NCBI RefSeq assembly: GCF_006345805.1
Contig: NC_043003.1
Span: 105,214,001-105,278,000, forward strand
Origin: Octopus sinensis
Lineage: Eukaryota
Length of the DNA stretch: 64,000 bases
Reading direction: 5' to 3'
The translations under genes were made by a program, and so were the position numbers. Shown here in pieces: positions 51,504-63,589 of the stretch. The notes beneath the pieces are model-generated. The model saw only the letters and a list, made by a program, of their open reading frames with translations, searched no databases and was not told where the DNA came from. How positions within the stretch are numbered: the first letter of the stretch is position 1; each line of letters opens with the position of its first letter.

Positions 51504-51703
51504 AACAACAAACAAGATGAGGACAATCCTTGTTAAACCTTGTGCTGTAGCACTACTTGTAGTACCATCCTGGTACTCCTTATAAACCCACATACACTCT
51601 CATATTTTCCCTGTGCACCAATCTATATTGCTGTATTACTACTCCATGTAAACCTACCTATGCTCTTTGTAAACTGTTGCCATGCTACTCCTTTTCTTTT
51701 CAG

Positions 51704-51838
51704 CTATTTGGTTTATTTGATGACATTTACGATGACGACGATGAAGATTATGATGATAATGATTTTTCTGATTCAAAGTCTGACTCTATGCTACTAAGTT
51801 TACGTGTTAACTCTACTGAGTATGACTTTGAGTATGAG
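51704..51838 (+). CDS. Candidate 135-nt acidic symmetric exon (LFGLFDDIYDDDDEDY...EYDFEYE)
   Basis: Strong acceptor ctccttttcttttcag, weak donor GAG|gtaccc, open, phase 0-0, frame-compatible. No homology evidence. Confidence 0.35.
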
Positions 51839-52329
51839 GTACCCTTAGACAGTAGTCACTTCTAAGCACTACCACTCTTCACTTTGTGCACTCTTAGAGA
51901 TAGTTCATAATGCATCACACACACACATTTGATTAGTCTGTGGCCTTTTAGTGAAGTGCACATCAGTTTAATTTACCTTGATCTACAGTTTACTTTCATA
52001 GCAGTTCAGGTGAAGTTCTTTCTATTACAATATTTGTTTAATCTTTCTTGTGACTCCTACAATTTATCTTCCTGATGATGAGTTTAACATAGAATAGTTT
52101 ATTCTACATCAGTCATCAGACTCTGGTCTGTAATCTGAAACCAGACAGAATTCACTTTTGGTTTATAGGATGGAGCAAGATGATTGATAGCCCTGGTTTA
52201 AAGTTGGATAATGTCAGACAATTCAGTTAACTGTTTCCAACAGCTAAGTGAAGTGAGGCCATTTGCATGGAGAAACAACAAATTAGTGGGTGTAATGAGC
52301 ATTAAAAATGTAATGAAAACTAATTACAG

Positions 52330-52705
52330 GAGTGGCTGTGTGGTAAGTAGCTTGCTTACCAACCACATGGTCCTGGGTTCAGTCCCACTGCATAGCACCT
52401 TGGGCAAGTGTCTTCTATTATAGCCTCAGGCCGACCAAAGCCTTGTGAGTGGATTTGGTAGACGGAAACTGAAGGAAGCCCATCATGTGTATATATGTGT
52501 ATGTGTCCCCCCCAACATCGCTTGACAACCGATGCTGGTGTGTTTTCATCCCCATAACTTAGCGGTTCGGCAAAAGAGACCGATAGAATAAGTACTAGGC
52601 TTACAAAGAATAAGTCCTGGGGTCAATGTGCTCAACTAAAGGCAGTGCTCCAGCATGGCCGCAGTCAACATGACTGAAACAAAAGAATAAAAGAATAAAA
52701 GAATA
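52330..52705 (+). mobile_element. tRNA-derived SINE-like family B copy
   Basis: ggagtggctgtgtggtaag...gggttcagtccc head, ccttgggcaagtgtctt core, (TG)n, tail actgaaac...(aaaaga)n. Similar copies at about 8855-9220, 14920-15100, 16540-16690(-), 17880-18115, 19860-20210, 20895-21200, 27770-27970(-), 29430-29820, 30400-30940, 31466-31820, 32296-32655, 44865-45220(-), 57712-58012(-) and 63230-63350. Confidence 0.8.
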
Positions 52706-53459
52706 CTGTGAAGAAAAGATAATAGTATCTCACTCCATTCATGTTGACAAGGAAGGGACATAACTTTGGAATTGTTTCAGTCTTATTAGGCCTCCTTAGT
52801 CACATTAAGACTTCACTGTACTTTCTGAAGAAACAATAGAATATAGATGTACAATATATTGTTCATGAGAATATTACATTAAAATCTCCTTCATGGACAT
52901 TTTTCACAATAAAAACTATGATTAGCCAAAAGAAACTGTCTTATTTCTGTTGCTAGCAATTTGGACTAACTTACAAAATTAAGAATAATTAAAATGGTAA
53001 CTGAAACTTTTAAAGTAATTACAAATTTGATTAGTTTTAAGATACTGAAATATAAACTTTATTGGAATACATTTGGATGTGTGAAAATGTCCTTGAATTA
53101 TTTCACTTGATACTTCCAAAGTTGTATTCAGTTGTCCTTGATATTTATAGCAGAAGATGATATATAATACGGTGATATGATATAACATCATACTGTATGT
53201 TATTTTGTAGTATAATATGATGCTGAATTTTATTTGTCTTTCTGTAATTATTTCACATCTGGATGTCATCTTAACATGAAATACATTATCTGTACTACCT
53301 TGAGTTTCTGAGGGAAAAATTTAACATTTAATTAATCTTCATTTTAATTGTTTGATTTTAGCTTTTCTTTTATACTCTTCAGTATAAACCTATTCCTTTT
53401 TTACAAATGCGTGTTTAATCATTTGGGGGGAAACTAACACTATTATTAAGTAACGTTCA

Positions 53460-53687
53460 TAGCTACTTCAACATGACCGTTCCATTCAAATGGACTTAAT
53501 TACGATTATTTAACCCCAAGAGGACATCTCCTCTAGCTGGTTAACAATGCACAGCTGCATCCGATACATTGCAAGCAATACATCAGATGCAGCTGTGCAT
53601 CCTTAACCAGCCAGATGAGATGTCCTCTTGGGGTTAAATAATCGCAGTAAAGTCTTTTTGGATGGAACAGCCATGTTGAAGTGACTA
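53460..53687. repeat. Long inverted repeat, about 104-bp arms, about 20-nt spacer (MITE/foldback-like)
   Basis: Includes the perfect 28-bp pair cgattatttaaccccaagaggacatctc (53503-53530) / gagatgtcctcttggggttaaataatcg (53617-53644). Confidence 0.9.
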
Positions 53688-55881
53688 CAAATACTCGCTG
53701 GTACAACTACTGCGATCATCGCTTAGAGAGATTTTAGAACTAGCTTTTCAGCTTGTAATACTATTACTAACAGCAATCTGTGTATCATACCTAATGCAGA
53801 TACATCGTATAAAGCCTAATTAATTGCAACCTATGCTGGTGCCACATAAAAAGTACCTCTGCTGGTGTCACAATAAAAAAAATGTATCCATGCTGGTACC
53901 ATATAAAATGCACCCAGTACACTCTGCAAAGTGGTCGGCATTAGGAAGGGCTTCCAACCATAGAAACCATACCAAAACAGACAATTGGGGTCTAATGCAG
54001 CTCTCCAGCTTGTCAGTTCCTGTCAAACCATCCAACCCATACCAGCATGGAAAATAGACATTAAATGATGACCACATGTATATCAACAGAGGACCAAAAT
54101 TGTCCAGCAGCTGCAGTGAATATGCTAGATGTGCATCGCTTCCTTCTTTGGTTTTGCCATTTGCAAGTTTCCAGTGGCAACAAGACAAAATCTGTCCTGA
54201 CTGATATAGGAAAACAAACTATGATTAATGTTGCTAGCTCTGATGAAGTAACTCTAAAATTGAAGACATCTTAACCATCACCATCTTTTCATTTATTTAT
54301 TTTCTTTGTTTTAAAGAAGAACACCATCTGAGCATGATCGTTGCCAGAGCAGCCAACTGACTTCCATGCCGGTGGCACGTAAAAAGCACCATTCGAGCGT
54401 GATCGTTATCAGCATTGCCTTACTGGCACATGTGCTGGTGGCATGTGAAAAGAAACATTCGAGTGAGGCCATTGCCACTGGACTGGCTCCTGTGCAGGCG
54501 ACACGTAAAAAAACACCATTTGAGCATGGCCATTGCCAGTACTGCCTGACTGGCTCTCATGCCGGTGGTACGTAAAAGCACCCACTACACTCTCTGAGTG
54601 GTTGGCATTAGGAATGGCATCCAGCTGTAGAAACTCTGCCAGATCAAGATTGGAGCCTGGTGCAGCCATCCAGTTCTCCAGTCCACAGTCAAATTGTCCA
54701 ACCCATGCTAGCATGGAAAGCAGACGATGATGATGATTGTTAAATGGATTTTATAAGAAGTTTTACTGCTTTTGCTAACAAGTTAAGCAACTTCATATAT
54801 CATTGACGGCAACTCTTTGACATATGCCAGCCATGACCTACAAGATTTTAGGTCAAACTTGCATTATCGTATTGTAAAACCTGTTTGTAAAACTGTAAAT
54901 TATTTATCAAGATAACTTGGCAGTTTGATTCATAGATTATAAAAATTAAATTCATTTTAACTGGTTTAGTAGCTCTTAATGTAGTCTCCGTAGTTTGTTT
55001 TCTTTCTGAAACATTCACAGCATGCTTATTGTTCCACCATTTGCAAACATTTATTGTTATTATTACATAAATTCCTTTATTTTTGTTATCATTTTCTATT
55101 GTAATGATATGCATATCATTATAGTGTATACACAAATGTAGAATGGTGCTGGTTTTAGGATTTTGTCTCAGAGGAACTTCTTTTTTGAAACTTTAGATGT
55201 AAAAACACAGCATACTCTAAATAATTTTAGAGGGCCATTAGGCACTGGTGTTTCGGCTTCATTTTGATAGGCACTCCTGAGGAACAGAAGTCCCTAGCCA
55301 GATCCAAATGACTGGGGATGTCTGTCACTGAAGAGGTGAAATCAAGCTGAAGCACCAGTGTCTGGTGGTCCTCTAACATTATTCAGAGTACGCTAGGTTT
55401 TTAATACATGAAGTTTCTCTTAAGAGAAGTTTCTCTGAGACAGAATCCTACAGCTAGAGCCATTCTACATTTATGTATACATTATAAATGATTTACACAC
55501 ATTGTTATTTTAAGCTAATGCTATAACTAGTGTGTATATTGATTTCCTTTATTTTTATCATACATAAATTATATATGTTTATCCTAAGTTATTTTTGCTT
55601 TATTTTTTCCTAAATAGTTATTTACTGATTGATTGGAGAAATTCATTTTATTTAAATGTCAAAATCAGATTTGTTTGTCAATGATATCCAACAATTCCAA
55701 TTATTTTGCCAAATATTTCTTTCAGCTAGATATCAAGTTTGTATTGTTGTAATTATAACTTTGTAAATGTCAGTTGTGTATTTGGATTTGTCTTTCCCAA
55801 ATGAGATATTGACTGATAAAGTTGCAAGATATTCTACAAAGCTAATAATTCACTCCATTCTTAGTATATGTTATCCTTCAG

Positions 55882-55917
55882 GTAATTTTTGGTCAATCAC
55901 ATGAAGAACCACACAGA
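55882..55917 (+). CDS. Candidate 36-nt symmetric exon (VIFGQSHEEPHR)
   Basis: Acceptor ttatccttcag, donor AGA|gtaaga, phase 0-0, frame-compatible between exons 39558 and 56722. Supported by splice signals only. Confidence 0.45.
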
Positions 55918-56721
55918 GTAAGAAACTTGAAGTTTATTACTTATTCCATCACTACTCAAAGAAATGAACCAGTTTTGTAATTTTTGAGTTATAAATGGTA
56001 GAAAACAAAAACAAATGAGAAACTTGGAATTGCAACAGAGGAAAACTTTGCTTTTGATTACCTTCATACCAGGTTTATACCTGGAATTATTGGGCCACTT
56101 GGATATGTAACTGACTGCCTCATTACCAGTCTTGAGAAATTAAGGTTCTCAAAACCAGGCAGAAGAAAGCTAATTAGATTACAGACACAAGTCACCAGTG
56201 GAACTATCAAAATATATAAGGCTTTCTAAAAGTTTAGAATATAAATACATATACATATCTTGACATGCAACTATACATAAGAGTATACATATATAAAATG
56301 AAACCTACAGATTTGAATATGCACTGACCCGAAACACTTATACACACACACACATACGCAAGTACTCTGTTGTGGAAATTCCAATGACGAAGCCTTGAAT
56401 TTAGGTTAGAAACCAGCTTTTTTTTTCTTTTTTTTTATCTTGCAGTTGGTAAGAAATAGAAATAAAACTAAAGAACACAACGCATGCGCACGTGTGTTGT
56501 GATTTCAGTGTATCTTGTCGATCTGATACATTTGCAACAAGACAGCTGCTTTAAATTAGTCATGTGCTCTGTTGTATGTTTTTGTCTGTGTTCTCTACAA
56601 CAATTTGGAAAATATAAACAAACATAGAAGGGATACGTAGTGTTTGATGTATAGAGCTTATCTAATAATAATAATAATAATGATATATTGTAAAATCAGT
56701 TTTCTTTGTTTCTTTGTACAG

Positions 56722-56904
56722 GCAGAACAATCTCCACAACCAACTCTCCCCAAATATGGCATGGATGACAGTGTAATCGTACCTAATTTAGATGGTGTTG
56801 TCCGACGTCGAAATATTCGCAAATCCAACACAGTTGCCTACAGAGCTGACCGACCAAGCAAGTGGAAACGAGCTTCTATAAACGGACATATTTACAATTA
56901 TGAT
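56722..56904 (+). CDS. RASSF2: RASSF2/4-like exon (AEQSPQ...VVRRRN...KRASINGHIYNYD)
   Basis: Acceptor tctttgtacag, donor GAT|gtgaga, 183 nt, phase 0-0. KRASINGHIYNYD matches the RASSF1-6 hallmark R.SINGHFYN just before the RA domain. Confidence 0.92.
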
Positions 56905-56944
56905 GTGAGATTCAGTTTCCTTTCATAGAAATTTTATTTTATGC

Positions 56945-57270
56945 ACAAGGTAAAGAAATCAAAATATCAGCACTTAGTCAATGAAGCCCTTATCAAGGGC
57001 TGGCATGTGAGCCCCATTGAAGTTGGCTGTTGCGGCTCTCCATCTATGTCAGTGCACTATTTCCTGCAGAAGATAGTTCTGCAACTCAGACAACTGGAGA
57101 AAATCCTCAAAGAAATAAGTGCAGCAGATGTAACTAGCTCAAGAGACTGCGAGTAGAACCCATCCGTGGGTAAAGACTAGCTCAGTCCTTGTCGCCCTGC
57201 TCAGGTGGCGCATACAGGCCAAGGGGCAAAACACTTGTGGCTCTGAGGTACCTACTGATGATATGGAAGG
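56945..57270 (+). mobile_element. HERO-like (restriction-like endonuclease) non-LTR retrotransposon 3' fragment
   Basis: ORF KSKYQHLVNEALIKGWHVSPIEVGCCG...ISAADVTSS contains the K..KY..L......GW....PIEVG pattern, followed by a short 3' UTR ending actgatgat. The clade call comes from recalled motifs. Confidence 0.65.
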
Positions 57271-58935
57271 GCTTCCAGCTTTGCAATGGATTTAGAAGAG
57301 CTTGCAAAACCTCTGAGCAACTTGTGCAGTTTCTGTGTGGGGCAAAGCATCACCTAAATTCCTTTCAGTACCAACCTGCCTGAGACTGCCCCTGGGTCTT
57401 TGATGCAAACTTCATTGTTTAAAATGCATCAACTTAAAATATTCATCAAAATTCCATGTTCATTTATGTTCCAAACATCAGCTTAATAATGACATAAATG
57501 ACTCATTAAACTTTTCCTTATTTTCAAAACTAATTGAAATCAAGGTGATGGATTTCTATAGAAATATGGTAGCAAAAGGGTTAAATTCCTTTCTTGTGTA
57601 TATTTTCTTTCTCCCCTATTTCTTCACCTTCTGATGTAATTCAAAAGAAATATTGTTGACAACATCATTATGCTTTTATTTTTTTCTTTATTTTATCCAA
57701 TCATTGGACTCCAGCCATGCTGGAGCATCAGGTTTTAGGGGAATAAATTGACCCCAGTACTTACTTTTTAAGCCTGGTGCTTATTCTATTGGTCTTTTTT
57801 GCCAAACCACTAAGTTACGGGGACATAAACAATAAAAAAGAAACCTGAGTTGACAAATGATGTGGGGTGACAGACACACAGATGGTCTTCCATACAGTTT
57901 CCCTCTGTCACTCACAAGGCATTAATAGAAGACACTTGCCCTCAGTGCTGTACAGTGGGACTGAACCTGAAACCACATGGTAACAAAGCAAGCTTCTTAA
58001 CCACGTAGCCACGTCCGCACTTCATTATTTCTTCACTTCTTTACATTTGTGCCAGTGTTGTAAAATGGTAGAAGGCGGCAAATCAATTCTGCAATGCAGG
58101 TTTAATTCCTGGTTTGAGGAATCCTGTACATCATTGATTTCTGTTGAAAGTCAATAACTTGGAGAGTGTTGTGTGGACTTAGAGCAATCTGACTTACAGC
58201 TCTACGCAGGGAGGTAAAGTCTTTAGTCTTGATGTAATGACCCATTAAGAGACATGTGGTGTTGACAGTAGAGCAAGCAAGCTGCATTGCACTGTTTACT
58301 TGCATTCCTTCACATTCTGAGTTCAAATCCCAGCTAGGTTAACAGTACTTTACATTCCTCAGGAGTCGATAAAATCAAATCCAAACAATTAGTGGGGTTG
58401 GTGTCATCAATTATACCATTACTTTGATTCTTTTGTCTATATTGGAAAGCATGCAGTGCTCCTGCATGGCCACAGCTTCTGGCTGAAACCAATAATAGTA
58501 TAAACGATAATAGTATTTGTACCCCAGCATCACTTTGATGACACGTGCTGCTCTTCTCACTCAATAATAATAAAGACTAATGTGTATGTATATTTGATTA
58601 ATAAATAAACAGTAAATATACCCCCACCACCACCACAGTACTAGCTGTTCTTGATATGAATCCTTTGTTATAATTCATAGCATTTAAAAAAAAAATTATT
58701 ATTTGATCTACACTTATTGGTGTGTGTGTGTCGGGATAGCAACCTCATCATAAATATTCTGTTATCTATTGCTGATTGCTAGAGTTATGAATTACTAGTA
58801 AGGGGGAAGAAAGAATGCCTTTCCTTGGCCTCAAGTCAGTTCTCCTTTACATTGTTATTGATCTTGTGTGATTTCTGTTAAGTTAGTAGAAACTGTGTCA
58901 TGATTATGTGTCTTCTTTTTTTCTCTTTCTACCAG

Positions 58936-59037
58936 ACTCGTGTTTTCACTCCAGTGATTGGCAGCTGTACTAGTGTTACAGTGAACAGCACAATGACTGT
59001 ACCACTGGTTATAAAAACATTGCTTGAGAAATTCAAG
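58936..59037 (+). CDS. RASSF2: RASSF2/4-like RA-domain exon (TRVFTPVIGSCTSVTVNSTMTVPLVIKTLLEKFK)
   Basis: Acceptor ctttctaccag, donor AAG|gttagt, 102 nt, phase 0-0. Close match to RASSF2/4 [34 protein letters not shown]. Confidence 0.95.
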
Positions 59038-59061
59038 GTTAGTATCATCACCACCACCACA

Positions 59062-59063
<2 letters not shown>

Positions 59064-59135
<72 letters not shown>
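59064..59135. repeat. (CT)n microsatellite just downstream of the RA-domain exon donor
   Basis: Direct reading. Confidence 0.95.
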
Positions 59136-59136
<1 letters not shown>

Positions 59137-60231
59137 CCTCCCATACTAACTTGGACAACTGATTAAAATCAAACAATTTTTCAAACTACTAGAAATAGTA
59201 GCCAAATCTTCCTCAAATCAAAATCTACTCATTTAAAGGAGGACATTTAGTGCAATATTAAGGGTGCAATATTAAATAGTTATTGACGAATAGCAGCATT
59301 TGGTGTGCTGAAAATAAGAGTCATAATGACCAAACTCATATTGGTATTAGTTCTCATACATTTTTGTTATCCTGGAACATTTGCCTTTACATATATGTGT
59401 ATACAGCAGAAGCAGATCCATCAAGCCAAGCAAAATGGCACCTGTGTCAGTGGTATGTAAAAGCACCCATTACACTCTTGGAGTGGTTGGCGTTAGGAAG
59501 GGCATCCAGCCATAGAAAATCATACCAAATCAGACTGGAGTCTGGTGCAACCTCCCAGCTTGCCAGCCTAGTCAAACTGTCCAACCCATGCCAGCATGGA
59601 CCAAGGACGTTAAATGATGATGATAACAGCAGTTGATTAAATAGAACAGGATTCAAGAGATATCAGATGGACTAAGTACAAGTTTTCACAACATAACATG
59701 TTGAATAGTAATATGAAGACCATTTGTTATTGAAACAATGTATGTAGAAGGAAAGGGAATGCCTTGTCAACATGCTGACTGACATAGCTTCAAGCAGCAT
59801 CTCAGTTTGTTGAAAGATAACATAGAAAAGGATGAGTGACCATCCCACAGAGTTGAGCAGCAAAGTTCCATTTTGACTTCTGGAGGGTTCTGCTTGGGGT
59901 TGAAATTGCTAGGTTTTTATAACTTTAAGTCAATCTTCTAGAACTCTCAACAGAATTATTTGATAGGAAAATTCACACACTTCTTTTGAACTTCATGTAA
60001 GCATTTATGCTTTATTTATAAATATATTTACTTTGAGGTTCTGAACTAGAATTCTTAGTGAGATGGTTTTCAAAGTTTGGTAGAACCCATCCTGCAGACT
60101 CATTGGCCAGTGTGGTTCTATATACAACTGTCTGGAAAAGGAGGCAGGGTTATCAAAGACTTGCTTAATCAGGGATGCTTGGGGTGGGGGTGAAACAACA
60201 GCAATTTGGTTTAAAAGGGTTTGTTATAAGT

Positions 60232-60368
60232 TAGGGGACAGTAATGATGACAACAGCCTGATAGACTTTGATCCAGGTAGATGGATTCAGTACACGGTTC
60301 TGCCAGACATTGCTTCTGCAATTGTCCAAAGAAGGTGTTAGCTTTGGCAATGTGGTTGTCAACATTAA
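60232..60368 (-). mobile_element. Short RTE fragment of the same family as 63590-64000
   Basis: 60236-60318 is nearly identical to 63917-64000. It extends upstream to VDNHIAKANTFFGQL. Confidence 0.8.
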
Positions 60369-61113
60369 GGCGGCGAGCTGGCAGAATCACAAACTTTAAG
60401 TGAATTTGTAGCCCAGCTTTTGGATTAGTTGCTACAAGTTCTGATATTTATTCCTTATTTGTAGGTTAACTGAAGTATGCCAAATAAAAGGTCCTGCTCA
60501 GACACAGATTCAACAAAATATCTTCAGTGAATTTACATTCTGAAAGCACTGGTAGACCAATGCTAGACCAACATCCATTTTCCCCTCCACATCTTCAATA
60601 AATTGGGTTTCTATTCAGCCTCAGAGAATAAACTGGGTCTGATCTGTAATTCATGAAGGCTCTCTATTTTGTTTTCAAATGAAACCTGTCAAACTAAACC
60701 TGTTTAAATGCCTGAACATCTTAGCAGATGAGGTGATTGGTGGAAAGAGAGAGAGAAAGAGAGTGGGTGAGAAAGACAAGACAAGCTTGACTAATTACTT
60801 TTAGAAACAAGCTAACACTTTTGATTTTTTTTTTTTTAAACCGTGAATAACTAGAATGGCAAGCACAATATTAATTTATTGATATAGTGTTTGCCAATCT
60901 AGTCATTGACTAGTTAGTCAACACAAACCTGAATCTTCTAACAGACTCCATCACTTTTTGTTTTTAAATTTAATTCCCGTTTTCCAATGTTTGTATTTAC
61001 ATTCAGTAGACACAGGCAGCCATCGGCTGATGCTTGTCTTTTAGCTGTATCTTGCTGAACCTTCATTTGTCAAAGTGACAAGAGATCACCACAAGTAGAA
61101 GTGTATATATATA

Positions 61114-61624
61114 CCATAAATCCTCGAGTATAGTCCGCCCTTGAGTATAATACGCAGGGGGTTGTATTTCTGAAAAACCTAAACCTTGTGTATAATATGC
61201 ACCCCTTCTCTAACTTAAGTTGTGCATTATTAAGCCAGCAGCACCTAGTCGAACAAACACTTCCGAGCATGTGTAATACAATAATGGTGATGTTCTTAAC
61301 TGTTATATGGGAATGTAAATATGTTTGCAAATTGTTTTTGTTACATGTTATTCTGTGATCTGATTACTTTTATTTTAATAAATGTTGCTTACTGTATGTT
61401 ATGGATGATTCTTTTATGACTTCATTGCTTTCAGGCTTAGCTTAAGGTATTTTCGCGCCCTACATCATAAAATGCGTCTGAATAAACATTGCTGGACAGC
61501 AAATAGAGACTTGGACACTGCTTAGAAAATATTTTGCATTTTTAACCTTGTATATAGTACGCGCTAGGGATTTTGACCTTTAAATTTTGGGAAAAAAATG
61601 CGGATTATAGTCAAGGATTTACGG
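61114..61624. mobile_element. Tc1/mariner (pogo/Tigger-like) MITE, about 511 bp
   Basis: Imperfect TIRs ccataaatcctcgagtatagtccgc / gcggattatagtcaaggatttacgg, flanked by TA on both sides. Confidence 0.8.
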
Positions 61625-62504
61625 TATATAGAAATAGTTGACTTTGGTCAATATTGACTGTTCCCCTCCTTTCTCTCACATTTCTCTGTTTCTTTCTCTA
61701 ACATCTTTACCAAACTCCTTACTCCTCCTTTGTTTTACCGATTATAACATTTCAAGTAAGGGTTTATACAAAAATTAAAATTAAGGTTTTTATAATGTTG
61801 TTGTTTAGCTCCCAGGTCAGCGCCTGATTTACCAGGCCCATGGTCAAAGACATGGCAACCATGACCACCACCACCACTTTCTTTTTCTTTATATATATAA
61901 TTGCTCTACCTTAAAAATTTCTATATATATATAAATTTTTTTATATATAATGGCATGTAAAAAGCACCATCTGAATGCGGTTGATGCCCCCCTCCCCGGC
62001 CCCAACTGGCTCCTATGCCAGTAGCACGTATAAAGCACCATCCAAATGTGGCTGATGCCAGTGGCACATAAAAGCACCCACTTCACTCTTGGAGTGGTTG
62101 GCGTTAGGAAGGGTATCCAGCTGTAGAAACATTGCCAGATCAGATTGGAGCCTGGTGCAGCCTCCTGGCTTACTAGTCCCCAGTCAAACTGTCAAACCCA
62201 TGCCAGCATGGAATACGGACTTTAAACGATGATGATATATCAAGTTAATAGTGTGTGTTTTGAGACAGACTTGTTTGCAATTTCTAGCCAGGAAACTACA
62301 TAGAAGCTTCCTCATTTGGTTCATATAATGATGTTGGGTAATCTAGAGAGCTATTAACTCACTCAGCTAACTTCGTTTATTATGGTCATTAGAGTAGTTA
62401 ATAGTTATCTTTAGATCCTTATAAGTAAGAAGTGTAGTTCTAGCTATTCTTATTAATGATCTAATAGCTTCTGTTTTCTATTATTACATTATTGTCTTTT
62501 ACAG

Positions 62505-62556
62505 GTGGAGAATGATGCTGATGAATTTTCTCTCTATGTTGTCACGGAAGCTGAGG
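62505..62556 (+). CDS. RASSF2: RASSF2/4-like RA-domain exon (VENDADEFSLYVVTEAE-G)
   Basis: Acceptor tcttttacag, donor G|gtgagt, 52 nt, phase 0 to 1. Matches IENSAEEFALYVVH. Confidence 0.93.
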
Positions 62557-62783
62557 GTGAGTGCAGCTGGTTGATATCAAACTGTCTTGTTTAAATTAAT
62601 GTTTATACAATGAAATTTGTTAATATAATGACTGTTATTTCCAGTTCAATGTTAATATAAAGAACAATTTCATCACCTTTACTCCCCAAAACTAAAATGT
62701 GTAGTTTTGGGCTAATAGACTGTTCCTTGTAATTTTATCCTTTTTATTTTCTATGAAATATAATCCCTTTTTTCTTACCATAG

Positions 62784-62953
62784 GGGAAAGGGAAATTGGA
62801 ATTGGTGAGATCCCTTTGGAAGTACGTCTGAGACTGGGTGCTGATGAAACAAATGCCAAAATCTTTATACGGGAGAAAGATTATGTGGGCTCAGTTGTCG
62901 TTCCTGAAGAAGTTGAACCAATAGAAGAGAAGACCTGTTATTTACCAACTGAA
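62784..62953 (+). CDS. RASSF2: RASSF2/4-like RA-domain C-terminal exon (G-EREIGIGEIPLEVRLRLGADETNAKIFIREKD...PTE)
   Basis: Acceptor ttcttaccatag, donor GAA|gtaagt, 170 nt, phase 1 to 0. PL..RL..G......KIF..EKD fits the end of the RA domain. The SARAH-coding exon was not found in the window. Confidence 0.9.
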
Positions 62954-63589
62954 GTAAGTGTTCAATGTCTTTGTGTATGCATAATCCATAAGTGATCGAT
63001 TTCACCTGCTTCACTGCTACTGCAGTGAGTGGTGCAGCATTCTTACACGGCCCCCAATTCCTCTTACATAGAGTCTGAGTTAAGCAGCAGCAGCTTCCCC
63101 TTTTCTCGTTGGTCTCCCTACAATTCTGGCTACGTTCACACATGTCTGCCATGAATTTTCTCTTATCTTCTGCTGATCTATCTTCAAAGTTGTCAATGTT
63201 AAGAGCAAGTAGTTGAGGAGTTTGTTAAGCATACCACAACCATGTAGTATGTGATTCTGGGTTCAATCCCACTGCACGGCACCTTGTGTAAGTGCTGTCT
63301 TTTACCATAGTCTTTGATTGTTGACCATTTTGTGAGTGAAATATGCCCAACATAAACCATATGGCAACTCATCATGTGTTTGTGTGTGTGTGTGCATACA
63401 CACATGGTGATGGCAGTTTCTTTGTACCCAAAGATCATAAGGAAGACCAGCAATCCCTTATATGGCTGTGTAAACCAATCCTTGAATAGCAAGCTCTGGT
63501 CCTCATGGGGCATTATGTACACTATGGTCACTTGAGGGTTGTGACAATGACTCTTTTCTTCTTTAGGATTTCTCATCTGCTGCAGTTGC

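Larger units (their letters stand above)
48940..51530. mobile_element. Head-to-head PLE pLTR pair; the plus copy is interrupted by a tandem array in its (TAA)n tract
   Basis: Minus pLTR 48940-49186 and a perfect 24-bp palindromic junction at 49163-49214. Plus head 49191-49270, then the body resumes at about 51411 (ttgaaaaatacctgaggaatgagaacccagg). Confidence 0.8.

Noticed and set aside
54236-54275. ctgatga motif
   Set aside because: No stem II or GAAA at the right spacing.
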